Source: Octopus bimaculoides (lineage: Eukaryota). Taken from it: a DNA stretch of 64,000 nucleotides. Below are positions 13,169-27,040 of this stretch, in pieces; the stretch's first letter is position 1; every line of letters begins with the position of its first letter. A model generated the notes under the pieces. The model saw nothing but the letters and a program-made list of their open reading frames with translations. It was not told where the DNA came from and searched no databases. Location: contig NC_068989.1 of the NCBI RefSeq assembly GCF_001194135.2, positions 68,830,432-68,894,431 of the forward strand. The letters are read 5' to 3'. The position numbers and the translations under genes were made by a program.

Positions 13169-16100
13169 CTACAAGAGAAACAGCATGCATAGATTCAGAA
13201 ATACAGTATTTTAACAGACAGAAGAAAGCATAGCAAGTGAGATACATAACAGAAAATATAAATTAAATAGTATGTTTTAATTGACCAAAGACATGCAACT
13301 TTGTTCAACAAATTGCCAGAGGAACATTTCAAAGAACTAGATCTTGGCTCTTCAATGAACAAATTATAGACGAATTAGAAACACAAATTATTTTACAGAA
13401 AGTTCATCTTATTATCGATCATTTACCATACATAAGAGCATTTTTATTGATATATATTTTGTAGATGCAAATTTGCTTGTGAAGGATATTAAGAAAATAT
13501 TCGTAGTTTATTTTACCCATCATTTATGAAAGCCCAAAGGCAGTTAAAAGGAAAAATAATAAAAATACGTTTGCAGTAAAAAAAAAATACTGAGTAACGC
13601 AAGTTTAGAAGTATTAAACACAAAAACAAAAAGGTTAAAAGTGTTAGTAAAACACTGTTTTAGAAATGTTAAATTTTAATCAAAATAATTCATTTGGAAT
13701 TGATTAGAAATATCAAATCTGAATAACATGAACTTTTCTAATCTAGTAAAAACCAGTTGTTTTTCTTCTGCATCATAAATATCACAAACATAATTTCCAT
13801 TAAAAAACAAACAAAAATAAACAAGAGAAACAATATATGATAAAGAAATAACAGCACAAAATGTTTTCCCTACCTATGAAAGTAACAATATGGATAAAAC
13901 AGTGAGCTGTTTATCAAGATGTGAATTACATGTAAACTTGGAGAAAACCAATGTTTTACACATGACAAAACATTAATGCCATGCCAATTGCCATAAGTAA
14001 GCCAAAAACAGCATCTAACATGTAGCAATAACTGATCAGAATATTTATTGCTGCAGATATTGTGATTAATATTTTAATTTACTCAGACACAATGAAAAAG
14101 GATAAGACAATACAATGCCAAATCAGATTATATTTTTCACTAGTGTTACTAATCATATGAAGGTAACTTTGTAAGTATACTTTTGCCACCAGGAATAATT
14201 TGATAAAAGTTAAATTATAATTATTGTATGCACATCATATTTCCTGCTATTACCCATGATGATAAAAGTATATTTCCAAAGTTAGGTGTCATATAATAGA
14301 TAACACTAGTGTATTAATATCACTGTGACAATCGTAGTAATATATTCATTTGGAACAGTGTGTTCTAAATTTTTAAGTTAGCAAATACTCTAGTGATTAA
14401 TGCAGTAAAAAAAAAACACTGACTCAGCTGACAAACAGCTTACTCAAAGAGCATCTAAGGAAAATATTCATTACAGTAAATATTAATTATTGCAGAGCAT
14501 TTTTCAGTGAACATCAACCACTTTACAAAATATACTAGATAATCCCAGCACTACTACTAGAAGTTACTTTGAACTCTTGTAGACTGACCGGCATTATATA
14601 TATGTGAGAGATGGGGACCATTTTACTTAATCCCAGTGAGGTGCATGTTGCTCTTTCTGGTTCAGATAGTTTATTTGTAAACCTTAGAACATAGGCATTA
14701 CAGATCTAGATTTATTTATTAGAAATACATTTTTACAATTCTTAAGTCTATAGTATCAATTCCAAGTCATATCCAAATATATTTATATTTATATTTTATA
14801 AATTATATAAATCAAAGATAAATTTAAGACATTTTGTCACATTTAGGAAAACTACATTATATGTTATTTGTTGTCTCATTCCCTTTTCTTCAAAAATCAG
14901 AGAAGAAAATTACATTGATATCAGTTCCAATACCTCTTTAAACAGCTAAATACCCTGTTTAAAATCATCTCATCAACTCCAAAATTATGTCTCTTCAAAA
15001 GCAGGATTTCCAATACATCAATGACTTAAAATGGCTTTTCTACATACAAAATATATTGTGTTTATATTGATTTCGTTTGATAAATTATCAACAATGTGAT
15101 ATCATAAATAAACTGAAAGCATGTTTTCTTTGTATCATGGAAACTGTTTGGTAGATACATATTTTACTGATTATATAATTTCATATTAAACCTCTATCTT
15201 AAAACAAAATAAAATCATAAAACTAGAGATATTATTTCATTCGGTGTGACTGATTAAAAATGATTATATATGAAGAATATCCCTGTGCTTCTGTTGAAGT
15301 ATGAGTCAGATGCTTACACAAATATGTTTGAATATTGGAGCTAGCTGCCCTTCTTAACACCATCCACTCAACAATGAAGTGTACTATTTTAAGTTTGAAG
15401 ATACTCAAATTTAATAATGACAAGTCATATAATAATGGAATGTAACTGAGATACTTTTTTTTTTTTTGTGTGGTGATGGAGGAGTTTATTATCTCTAAAA
15501 TGAAATCTTTTTCTGCAATTCTTTTCTTACCCATTACTTCTTACTAAGTACTAGTGATAAAAAATCTTTTAATACATCTATCAAAAAATAGCTTTCAAAT
15601 CTTGTTACTATTATGTACATGTGTATGTATGTAATTCTGCCACCCTATTAAAATGTAACTTAAAATAATTGGCAAACGTTAATGTTTTTAAGACAGAGAA
15701 TTTCTTAGACAAAAAATAAAATCAGAAAAAGAGAATTAATTGGATATTAATAAACAACACCAGAAAATCTAATGCATCCATGAAAAATAAATTGTATGAA
15801 CATCTAAGCATTTGATGGGAGGTCAATATGTAAAAACAAAAGGGCTATAGAAAGTTTAGATAGATGAGTAAAGCACAAATTTATATCCGTTACCAAATGT
15901 TAACAAACAACATTAGCAATATGTTAAATAGCACTGATGAATCATTAAGAAAAGGACATTGAAGGAGATGAGCAAAAAGAAAGAAATCGTAGGATACCAC
16001 ACAAACCAAACATAAAATAACTTGAAGGAAATTAACCAGTAAAGGAAGCTAAGCAATACTAAAAGAAACATTTAAAAACTAAAGCGTTTAATTATATTCT

Positions 16101-16262
16101 AAGTGGAACAGATTATAATCATTATGTATCAATCTAAAATTCAACACACTGTTTGTTACACAGGCCATTTCCTGTAGAAATAGCTGTGTTTCTAGATGCT
16201 TAACAATAGTCATACCAGCAGGAAACTAAAAAGCTGACCAATTTTTGTTACTGATAATTTAA

Positions 16263-16854
16263 GATATATTAATCAGAAATATTGAAGTAGTGTAACAGAA
16301 AAAAAAAATAATAATAATAAATAAATAAATCATTGCAAAAAGCAAGGGAAAATCATATAAAAAAAAACTGTGTTAGTTAAGTAATGGAATTTAGTTAAAT
16401 TAGCAAGTGTATAACAATATTTGTAAAGCATCAGCACCAAATACCAGAAAACAAACATGAAATGGTAAATAACACACTCAAACTAGACTAAAATAAAATA
16501 GAAAGTAAATCTAGTAAATGAGTTGTGAATGCTTTAAATACAATTAACTACAGAAAATGTTTTATTAAGGAAGCTATGAAAGCTTTCTTTTTACAAAATG
16601 TGGAATGACTTAGTTTTATTAAGTGACTTGACTTTGTAGCATTGTGTAGGAATAAACAAGAAAAGAGAAAAAAACACTGGCAGCGTTAACAAATCCAGCA
16701 TGTTAAAAAATAAATGGTTAGAATAACCAAATTAATATGCTTGTAATCTTTGTTTTTTTTACAGCAACTTTGATATATTAATCAGAAATATTGAAGTAGT
16801 GTAACAGAAAAAAAAAATAATAATAATAAATAAATAAATCATTGCAAAAAGCAA
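16263..16854 (+). repeat. Exact 83-bp dispersed direct repeat (16263-16345 and 16772-16854)
   Basis: GATATATTAATCAGAAATATTGAAGTAGTGTAACAG(A)10TAATAATAATAAATAAATAAATCATTGCAAAAAGCAA is identical in both copies. Confidence 0.9.
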
Positions 16855-17588
16855 TGAAATGATTTTTAGAAAGAAAGTCGGAAGTAATATTTGCAGTCAA
16901 GCACCTCATACAACTGTATTTAAACTTCAAATTGTTTCAAATTGTTGCTCTTAACTTTATTAAATTAGAACAACCAGAACAATGTCTTTGTAAGTAAAAA
17001 TAGTTAAAACAGTGAAATTATAAATAACTTTGCACTGAAAGTGGTTACAAATACAAAGGACACATGAAAGAGAACAACTCAGAAAGAGTTCCTAATAGGG
17101 ACTCACAAGATACACATTTCCTTAATTCTCTTCCATACACCTGTTGTATTTATAATCAACATTTAGTATGCCTTATATTCAGTTCTAGAGATTAATTTTA
17201 ATTGCATAATTAAACTACTATGATTCAGTTAACTTATAAGATTAAGCCTTTCAGATTATATAATTTATTTTCTTAGATTAGATTAAAAGATAAATCTAAA
17301 AAGAGAAAAAAATTTAAATACAAAAAATGTCAAGAAAGACATTTTGAACACTTTCAATAAATTTAAAATTTAGTGAAATTAAGTTGTAAAATTCCTAGAC
17401 ATTCTAACAGAACACACACGCACATGTATATATACACATAAATAGAATAAGGTACCCAAAAGTAGTATTTGGGGAAGATAAGAAATCGTTGGTAAAAAAG
17501 ATAAAGAGGCAAAAATTAATGTTTTATAAGCTTTTTAAGGAATAAGCTAAAAGCTTTGTTGGTATTAGTAAAATGCTAAATAACTCAC

Positions 17589-17627
17589 AACATCTCCATT
17601 TTTAGGTACAAGAACTGGGGACTCTTT
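17589..17627 (-). CDS. GckIII (STK24/25/26): 39-nt symmetric exon: KESPVLVPKNGDV
   Basis: tccttatgtacag|AAA...GTT|GTGAGT; phase 0-0, open. No homology anchor, so support is from splice signals and frame only. Confidence 0.65.
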
Positions 17628-20141
17628 CTGTACATAAGGACCAAAAATATATATTCAGAATAGTAAATAAAACCATAAAATATCAGTGTACTAATATCAT
17701 GCAATGAAGAAAAAAAAAAGTCCAAGGTGGATAAAATAAAAATTAAAATATGTATTATTATTACTAACATAAAAATCATCCTTCATTATCCTGGATATAT
17801 ACATTCATTCATTTTTATGTTTTCCATCCTAATATATGTTAGACGCATGCTTCAGAGCTGGATGCCCTTCATGCCACAAACACCTAGGGAACTCTCTCTC
17901 ATATATGTGTGTATGTATATGTATTACCACGTACTGCCTTCTGCTCCATGTTTCACTCCTATTTTCCTCATCTTTCCCCATACTGAGATACACCATTGCC
18001 CACACCTCCATTCAGTTTTCACTCCTGTCCTCATCTCTTGCCATCTGTTACTCCTTTTTTTATATTTTGCAAACCTAACTACCTATCCACCCAGTCATGC
18101 TTAATTCTCTGCCCCTCTTCTCTTTCATGCCACCTTCTGGTACCTTGAGGGAAGGCCTTGATACCTCATCTCTACCATCATTTCTCATTTTTCTGCAGGA
18201 ATAGCCATGAACCTCTTCTACAGCAAGACATGTGTTACTGTTCCTCTTTCACACTTTAAACTCTCAACACTGGACGCAAAGCCACTGCCCTCAATACTGC
18301 ATCCCACTCAGTCAAGGGATCTTGTCTTATGAGTTACTCATGCTGGTGCCACAAGAAAAGCACCCAGTATATTCTGTAAAGGAGGTTGGCATTGGGAAGG
18401 GTATCTAGGTGTAGAAACCTTACCAAGGCAGACATTGGAGACTAATGCAGCTGTCAGGCTAGTCAGATCCTGTTGCACTGTCTAATCCATGCTAGCATAG
18501 AATATGAGCATTAAATGATGATGATGAGAATGATCCACACATACTGCTTTAGATTACAAATTAATGAAATGCTATAGAAGAAAAAAATAAACTCAATTTA
18601 CTATAAATATGGATTTCAAATTTTGGCACATGGCCAGCAGCTTTGGGGAAGTGTGTAAGATGATTACATTGACCACAGTGCTCAACTGGTACTTGTTTTA
18701 TTGAGCACAAAAGGATGAAAGGCAAAGTCAACCTTGGTAGAATTTGAACTCAGAACAAGACAGACAAAATGCTGCATTTTGTCCAGCACAGTAACGATTC
18801 TGCCAACTCGTCACCTTTCAACTGACTATGATATTTAAGCAACACACTTTGACCTATGTAACAACCTATTGAAATTTCAATTTCTCAATTTAATTTCTAT
18901 ATATTTTTTTTCAGTTTATTTAAAGAAAAAAGACAATATTGCCAGATATGCTACTAATAGTACTGGGGAAAAAAATTTGATAAAAATTGAGTGCTGCATA
19001 GGTCTGGAAAATAATCACTGCACAAAACTAATCATAAGGTTGAATGGTTTTCAAAAAGATACATATTTTCCTACTCTACATCAATTTCACCATGTGAGGA
19101 AGGGTTGAATGGTTTCTGTAGGATAATTCTTCAAATGGCAAAATGTTCTTAATACCAGAATGAAATGCATTTTTTTTTTTTTTTTTTTTTACAAGTCAAA
19201 CTCTGACAAAAAGAGTGATGTATCTTACTTAGTGGTACAACACCATGGCTGAAGTAGTTGAGGTTTCAAAGAAAAAAGAGGCTTTGTCTCATTTGACAGC
19301 TTAAGAAATTGGCTGGTGAAGCCCATATGTGGGATAGATAGATAGATGAGGGTGGATCAAACTAAGTTCTCAAAGGTATTTTTGAAACATTAGCACAAGA
19401 TAACCATTACAAGAAAACCCTGATAGTATACGAAACAAGACAACAATAACAAAATTCCATATAGATATATATGTCCGTATTACAACTCAAGAGTTTCTCA
19501 GCATATCAAATCATCATATAGAGATTAAAAACATCACTATAACTTGTGAGAGAGATAAATGATATACTACTAAATTAAATTTGATAAACTTCTATGCTTG
19601 TATCAGATATGTATGTATACATGCATATATACAGGATGGGTCAATTAACTTACAGGTAGATTGGATTCAAATAGCTGAAAATATTAGACAATTACTCCAA
19701 CCCATTTTCCAAGTGCAAACATGAGCCAACATTGAAGCTTTCATGTCATTGCTTGACCTACTGTAAATAATAGCAAGCCTTCACCATTAAACCACACCCA
19801 ATCAATGAGGTACTGCTTAATAAAGCATGCTATTATATATCTCTATTTTATATTGATATTTGTAAACAACAATATTGTTGGTTACAGGAACCCAACAGGC
19901 CAATCATTGCAACTCTTGCCATCGTAAATGCAGTGAACCACACAACCATACTTGTGTGACTTGTTTACAGCTCTCAACAAATGCGAAAACAATCACACAC
20001 ACACACACACACACGTAGCTGCAGTAGAAGACACCTACCCAGGTGCCATGTAGTCAGACTGAACCTGAAACTATGTGGTTGGGAAGCAAATTTTAACCAA
20101 ATAGCCGCATATACACACAGTCATATATACATATGTATAAG

Positions 20142-20200
<59 letters not shown>

Positions 20201-20276
20201 CCCTCTCTCTCTCTCTGGGAGAAAGGCACAAGCACATACACAGACATATACACACACGGCAGTAACTTCTGCCTAC

Positions 20277-20309
<33 letters not shown>

Positions 20310-21317
20310 TACATACATATTATGGGCTCTGAGTTTCTGTCTGTCAAATCGACTCAAAGCTTTGGTCACCTTGTTATGTGATATCATGATAAAATTGACA
20401 TGACAACATAAGTAGAAAGTAATGAACTAAATTGACCTATCTTTTTGGTTACCACTTTTAGAGAATTTCTTAAAATAATATCAATATGTCTGATATTTTA
20501 CAACTTCGCCTTCATAAAAGTAATCAAGCATGAAATGCTGAAAGAGCTGTAAAGCACACACCCAACTGATATCGAAGGTAAAGTAAGTGACTAAGAAGCC
20601 GAGTGCTTTAATAGTTAAAAAAAAAAAGGAAGAACGGTAAGGTCATGCTGTGTAAGTATGTGATACTAATCACTGTCGATATCAATAACTTCAACTGTCC
20701 AAGTACAAACATGACATTTATTCAGTGGTGAATAATTTGGTGGGGTAACATGTACCTAGAAATAATCTACTTGACCTAAAACTGGAACTTGTCTTTTTGT
20801 TTGTTTGTTTTTAAGTTACAGGTGACAGAAACACAAAATGTAATATCAAGAGCATCTAAACATCATTTGTTGATAATGGAAAACTGTAACTGGGAAGAAA
20901 GTTCATTTAACCTCCTCACAAAAGGTGATGACAATCTTCTTAAAGAGTGAATCAGCTCAGAAGAAGCAGAGACTAAAATCAGTCATTTGACAAAGAGCAA
21001 AAGAATAGGGTAAGAATAAAAGGGAAGAAACTACTAAGAAAAGTACATAAGTTTTCATGTGGCAGTCTTTTACAAATCTGATCGAACAGCTAAAGTATAT
21101 AGATGATACTAAACTTATATTCCACAAACCCGTTTAATTAAATAAATACTAAATAAGAAGTAAAGAAGATATCCAGAATTATTGGAATAATATCAAAAGC
21201 AGAAGTGTAGACTGATGATGATGATGAAATTTCTGTGAGACTTGCCTTGAAACAACTTCACTATGGTGAAGGCAAACTGTTAATCTAAAGAATTTTTTTT
21301 AATGTTTATTTACAAAC

Positions 21318-21426
21318 CTTTGAGTCTGTGGCTTTTAATGCATTGGCTCCATCGCCGTTTTTAGGATCACAAGACCTTCGGGTCATTATCCAATCATCGT
21401 TCCAATGTTCATTTTCAATATCAGAA
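21318..21426 (-). CDS. GckIII (STK24/25/26): Linker exon: SDIENEHWNDDWIMTRRSCDPKNGDGANALKATDSK
   Basis: ctttttctttctag|T...AAG|GTTTGT; 109 nt, phase 2-0, open. DDWIMT aligns with the DW(I/S/T)FT motif of GCKIII linkers. Confidence 0.88.
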
Positions 21427-21835
21427 CTAGAAAGAAAAAGAAAATATTCATTTAATTTGACACTAACAGTTTTGAAAGTAACCACATCAAATAGTATAAA
21501 TTTAACTAAAATTTAACTTGATAGGTCAAATAAGGCATATTAAGAAATAATTTTAGACACAGACAAATAAGTTATAGACAAAGTATAAATATCATATATG
21601 ATTATCAGGACTAAGAATCTCAAAAGCACCCTTTTTCCATAGAGATGGCATTACAAAGTCAGGTTAGTTAAGAAAACCACAGAATAGTAAAAGTACTCAG
21701 TACACTCTTGGAGTGGTTGGCATTAGGAAGGGCATCAAACTGTAGAAACCTTGCCAAATCAGATTGGAGCCTGGTGCAGCCTCCTAGCTTGCCAGTCCTC
21801 AGTCAAACTCTCCAACCCATGCCAGCATAGAAAGC

Positions 21836-21869
<34 letters not shown>

Positions 21870-22300
21870 CACTTGCTTGGAAACAAGAGAGAATTGGTAA
21901 CAGGAAGGCTATCCAAATGTAGAAAATATGAGTCAAAAAATTGTAGCTGACCCATGCAAGCATGGAAAAGTGAATACTAAACAATGATGATGATGGATCA
22001 TATACAAATACACATACTTTATACACACTCACACACAGACAGATTCCAACTGTCAAACTTGCCAGATGAATTATAAATGGCTGTAAAACCAGTGACTTCT
22101 CAAAATCAATTACTGATTCACTGTACTTGATAATTTCTCCTTGCTTGCATGTTTTCAAAAGATTTTAATTAATTTATTCTGTCCATATATTAATTATACA
22201 AACTTTAGCCATTTCTCCCTTTAGTCCTTGTATCCAAATGCCTTACCTCTAACCTAAGTTTCATATGGTTTGTGCACTCAAGCATATATGATTACACATA

Positions 22301-22355
<55 letters not shown>

Positions 22356-24484
22356 TACAGTCATGACCATGTAATTATGAAATTCACAACCATTTGGTAT
22401 AGGTGCAGTCTCACTGCTAGACACCTTGAGCAAGGGTCTTTTAAAACTACATCTTTAGGCTGACCAATGCCTCTTGAGTGGAATTGGTAGACAGAAACTG
22501 TGGAACCTATCACCTGTGTGTGTAAACATTAAGGGTACGTGTGTCTGTGGGGTGTTCAGCCACTTGCATGCTATTTTCATGAGCAGACCATTCTGTTGAT
22601 CAGATCGAATGGAGCTTTGGTCTTCATAACTGACAGAGTGCCAGTTCTATGTAACTGTCATCATTGCATAAGCCCCATTACTCTTCCACCTTTTCATTCT
22701 AGTTTATTTTCTCCACACACTCTATCTTCTAATCACCCTCTTAATTGCACAGTTTTGAAAGAACAAAGATAACAGTACGGTTAGAATTCTTTCGTCTTAT
22801 GAGGTACAAGGTAACCTCATTGGTGCCATGATAAAATGCACCCTGTTCTCTCTGTAAATCGGTTGGTGAACAGGCACAGCCAATGTAGTATCAATAGGAC
22901 CTGTCAGTCTTGCTGAGGACATGACAAATTCCCTATTGTTGGTACCACAATAAAATGTACTCTGTAACAGCATCCAACCAGAGAAACTAAACATAAAAGC
23001 AAACTGTTTTACGGCCTGTGTAGCTTTAGTAACTCTAAATAACAGATAACTCAAAACACAACAATCTGTCCAACCCATACCAGCATGGAAAGCAGACATA
23101 AAATACTGATGTCACTTATATATGAGCAGGGAGGAAGAGGGGGAGAAAAGAGAACAAAAATTAACATAAGAGGTTCTACACCATATAATGCTTATATCAC
23201 TACAACTCACTTTATTAGTGTTACCATCTTCTGATTTATAAAAACAACAGAAATAAAAACTTCCGTATTCATTTCACAATCTAACATCTCACTATTGCAA
23301 GTTACTATTTAAATGGAATGTCAAGCATAGTCTGTTGTACTAATAACATACCATAACATTGTATGTGTTAAAAGGGTGACTCAATAATCAGTCAAGCAGT
23401 AATTGTTTTTGGATTTTTTTTTTGTTTTGATTTATTTTTTTTCTCTCTTTTTTCTTTTAGAAGACACTGGTTTTACAGCCAATTATATATGATTCTGTGA
23501 CTTTCTGGCATTTTGAAGCTTATCACTGTGAAAGCTAAGAGTACCAAAATGACATTAGAAAGTATGGAGTAAAGCTCTAGTTTAATGACACATACCCAAA
23601 AGGTAACACTTTTCTAATTGCTAATACTATGTAACTAATGGCTCTAACACCAGGTTTTTCAATGCTTGCTTAGTTTAAATAGTCTTAACCAGTCGTAGCC
23701 TTTTCTTGACTAACTATACAGAAATCATCATCATTATCATTTTTAATAACCACTTTTCCACCCTTACATGGGTCAGACAGAATTCATCAAGGCAAATTTT
23801 CTACAGATTTTCTACAGCCTTTCATCTCCACCCTTCACCTCTTTCAAAATAAAGTAATATTTCCTCACTGGCCAGATATTTTCATGGAAGACTGGAAACA
23901 AGAGACATTGCTTCTAAGACAGTAGCATTACATTTATATCTATTGCATGATATCAAGACAAGAATGCACACATACACAAACAGCTTCTTCCCGTTTTCAT
24001 CTACCAAATCTACTCAACAATTCAGTTGGGCCCTGGGGAGGGACAGCGGGGTACAACAAAAGACACTTGCCTAAGGTTTGTATTTTAATGCTCTTTCAGC
24101 TATAGAAAATCTGTCTCAGTGAATTCTGTCCACACCATGCAAGCATGGAAAAGTGGACATTGAAGTGATGATGATGATTTTATGTAAACCAATGTAACTT
24201 GGTTCCTAAGAAACTGAAAGATCATTAAAATACAAACTTCATTGAAATGAATAAATGAATAAATATTGCACACCTAGCACTTGCTTTCTTTCTTGTGACC
24301 TCTTTGTCTATGAAAACACCGAGTTTAAATACACAAATGTATTGTTACGTTTAGTCTTACCTAAATCTTCAATTAATCAAACAAATATAAAGGATACATA
24401 AAGATGAACAAACATAATTTCAACAGAAAATACATGGTACAACATTACTTAACAAATAATGATAATAATAATAATAATACTTAC

Positions 24485-24630
24485 TCTTCATTTTCATCAC
24501 TACTTGAAGAATCCTGTTGTCCACCTGAGAGCTTCCATTTCTTGTAACGTTCAATCAAATCATGCAAATATGCTGTTTTCTTGGCTTTCTTAATAAATGG
24601 TGTTTTCAATAATTCTTTAGCAGTTGGCCT
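24485..24630 (-). CDS. GckIII (STK24/25/26): Kinase end plus acidic linker: RPTAKELLKTPFIRKAKKTAYLHDLIERYKKWKLSGGQQDSSSSDENE(D)
   Basis: gttacttcag|AGG...GA|GTAAGT; 146 nt, phase 0-2. The RPTAKELLK and LI.RY..WK motifs match GCKIII. Absent from the ORF track. Confidence 0.95.
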
Positions 24631-25539
24631 CTGAAGTAACATATTGTATTAGATACATTATTTACTTTGAACATATATTCGCATATTTTTTCTTTTATTT
24701 TGGGGGACTTAAAATGAAAAATAAACAAAAACAAGAAAAGAAATGTAATCATAATTTGCTGATATTTTCTTTTTCTTTCTCTTTCTTAAATAATAAATAA
24801 AGAACAATGTATTTATTCTTCTCATGTTATTTTCCTTGTTGAGTAAGGAGTGGTTTGTTACAAATTCAGACATTTAATTGTTCACAAATGAACTTTTCTT
24901 CTAGTATGTACCTTTCAACTAAGTAGGGAAGAACCTATTTCAAGTAATGTTGACTGATATAGCAGAATTATGTGCTTTGTATTAGACTAAGTAAATATAC
25001 TGACAATGTTTAATAGCTGTTGAGAAGAATGTAGGTTGAACTACAAAACTAGGGACAGCCCTGGCATTAAGTGGTTCTGCTGCAAAGAAGAGGAGAAAAA
25101 AATAGTATGGATTGAGGGCTCATAAGTGAATTGATGCATCCAAGTGACATCATGAAGAGTAAACCTTGCAGATAAGGCCTACCAAAACATTCACTCTCTT
25201 CAAGCCATAAGATACTTGTGGAAAATAGGCTACACAGAGAAGACATTGTACGTGATCAGCAAATCAAAAGAAGAATGGATGAGAAAAAAAATCTCCAATC
25301 ACTATTTATAATCCATCTAATATTTTACTACTATCAAAAAGCACAAAGTTAAATTTGATTATAATTATAAGCTTCAAATGCTTTAGTTTGTACAATTATG
25401 TATATATTTGCATTCTACTAAAACAGATGCTTGTGGTTAAGAAAATAAATCCATGCCTCTGTTGATAAAAAGTTAGCTACATGATCATAATGAACTTAAC
25501 ATATTAATCAGATACAGGTTCAATCCCCACCCTCAAGAA

Positions 25540-25579
<40 letters not shown>

Positions 25580-25821
25580 CAGATGGTATGGGGCACCAGT
25601 GCATCAGCAAATAGATTCTGCAACTTATTTTGACACCATTTCAATGAAAACATACTGATACTTTCTGTGTGCTCATGTAAAGAATCTTACTGTTAAGGAT
25701 AGACTATTATTTTGGATCTAACACTATGTTGAAGGAGAAGTTATAAGAAAGAAAGCTGTATATATCTCCCAATTTTGCCTTTAATAAAGGGTGATGTACA
25801 AAGCATTAATTAGTCTCTCTA

Positions 25822-26124
<303 letters not shown>

Positions 26125-26811
26125 CTAAAGGGAAATACAAAAACAAATAAAGATATAACAATATTGCAATTAATAAATGCAGCAGATATTGATGAATTTA
26201 GATTAATCTCACTCGGTGGCGAGACAAAATTTTACTCTAGTATCTTATTGCCCTACCTTGGCAAAAACAATTTTATTTCTAGTACACATAAGTATGTGAT
26301 AAACACCTTTAAAAATGAATAGGTAAAACTAGCACAGGTGTGCATGTATGGCTGTGAGGTAACAAAGTTCTCTTCACAATCAGGTTGTTTAGACGCCACT
26401 GCATGGGATACAGCCTTTGGCTGACCACTGCCTTGTGAGCGGAATTGATAGACACAAACTGCACAAAAGCACGTTGCATGTGTGTATGCATACACACACA
26501 CACACACGAGATACAAGTTGTGTCAACTGGGACTTTTAAGTTTTATCTGACTGCTTATTCACCTGAAGTCAATAAGATTCGAGGCAAATTTTACAATAAA
26601 TTCAACTATTCTCAGTATCTAATCTCCCACCCCATCAGTAAACGTTCCATTGCTAGTTCTAAGCAAGCTTTAAAATAATAATTCCAATTTAATGTATGTC
26701 TGTATGTGTGTGTGTGTATGCAAATGTTGAGCCCATGTTCTTCATTGCCACTGAGCAAAAACAGTGACATAGTTAAGATTCTCATCATTCTTCATTATTT
26801 TAACATTCATG

Positions 26812-27040
26812 AGCGTGGCCGTTGCCAGTACCGCCTGACTGGCCTTTGTGCTGGTGGCACGTAAAAGCACCCACTACACTCTCGGAGTGGTTGATGTTAG
26901 GAAGGGCATCCAGCTGAAGAAACCCTGCCAAATCAGATTAGAGCCTGGTGTAGCCATCTGGTTCACCAGTCCTCAGTCAAATCGTCCAACCCATGCTAGC
27001 ATGGAAAGCGGACGTTAAACGATGGTGATGATGATGATGA
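26812..27040 (+). mobile_element. Retroposon family D with an RTE-like (GAT)n tail; best-preserved copy
   Basis: GGTGGCACGTAAAAGCACCCACTACACTCTCGGAGTGGTTG...CCAACCCATGCTAGCATGGAAAGCGGACGTTAAACGATG(GAT)n. Related copies at about 18300-18530(+), 21690-21845(+), 22800-23110(+), 29820-30000(-), 35612-35842(+), 39763-39925(-), 47660-47900(-) and 58025-58235(+). Confidence 0.8.

Noticed and set aside
15318-15373. Segment bounded by AG and GTAAGC between the linker exons
   Set aside because: It has an in-frame TAA in phase 0 and a poor pyrimidine tract.
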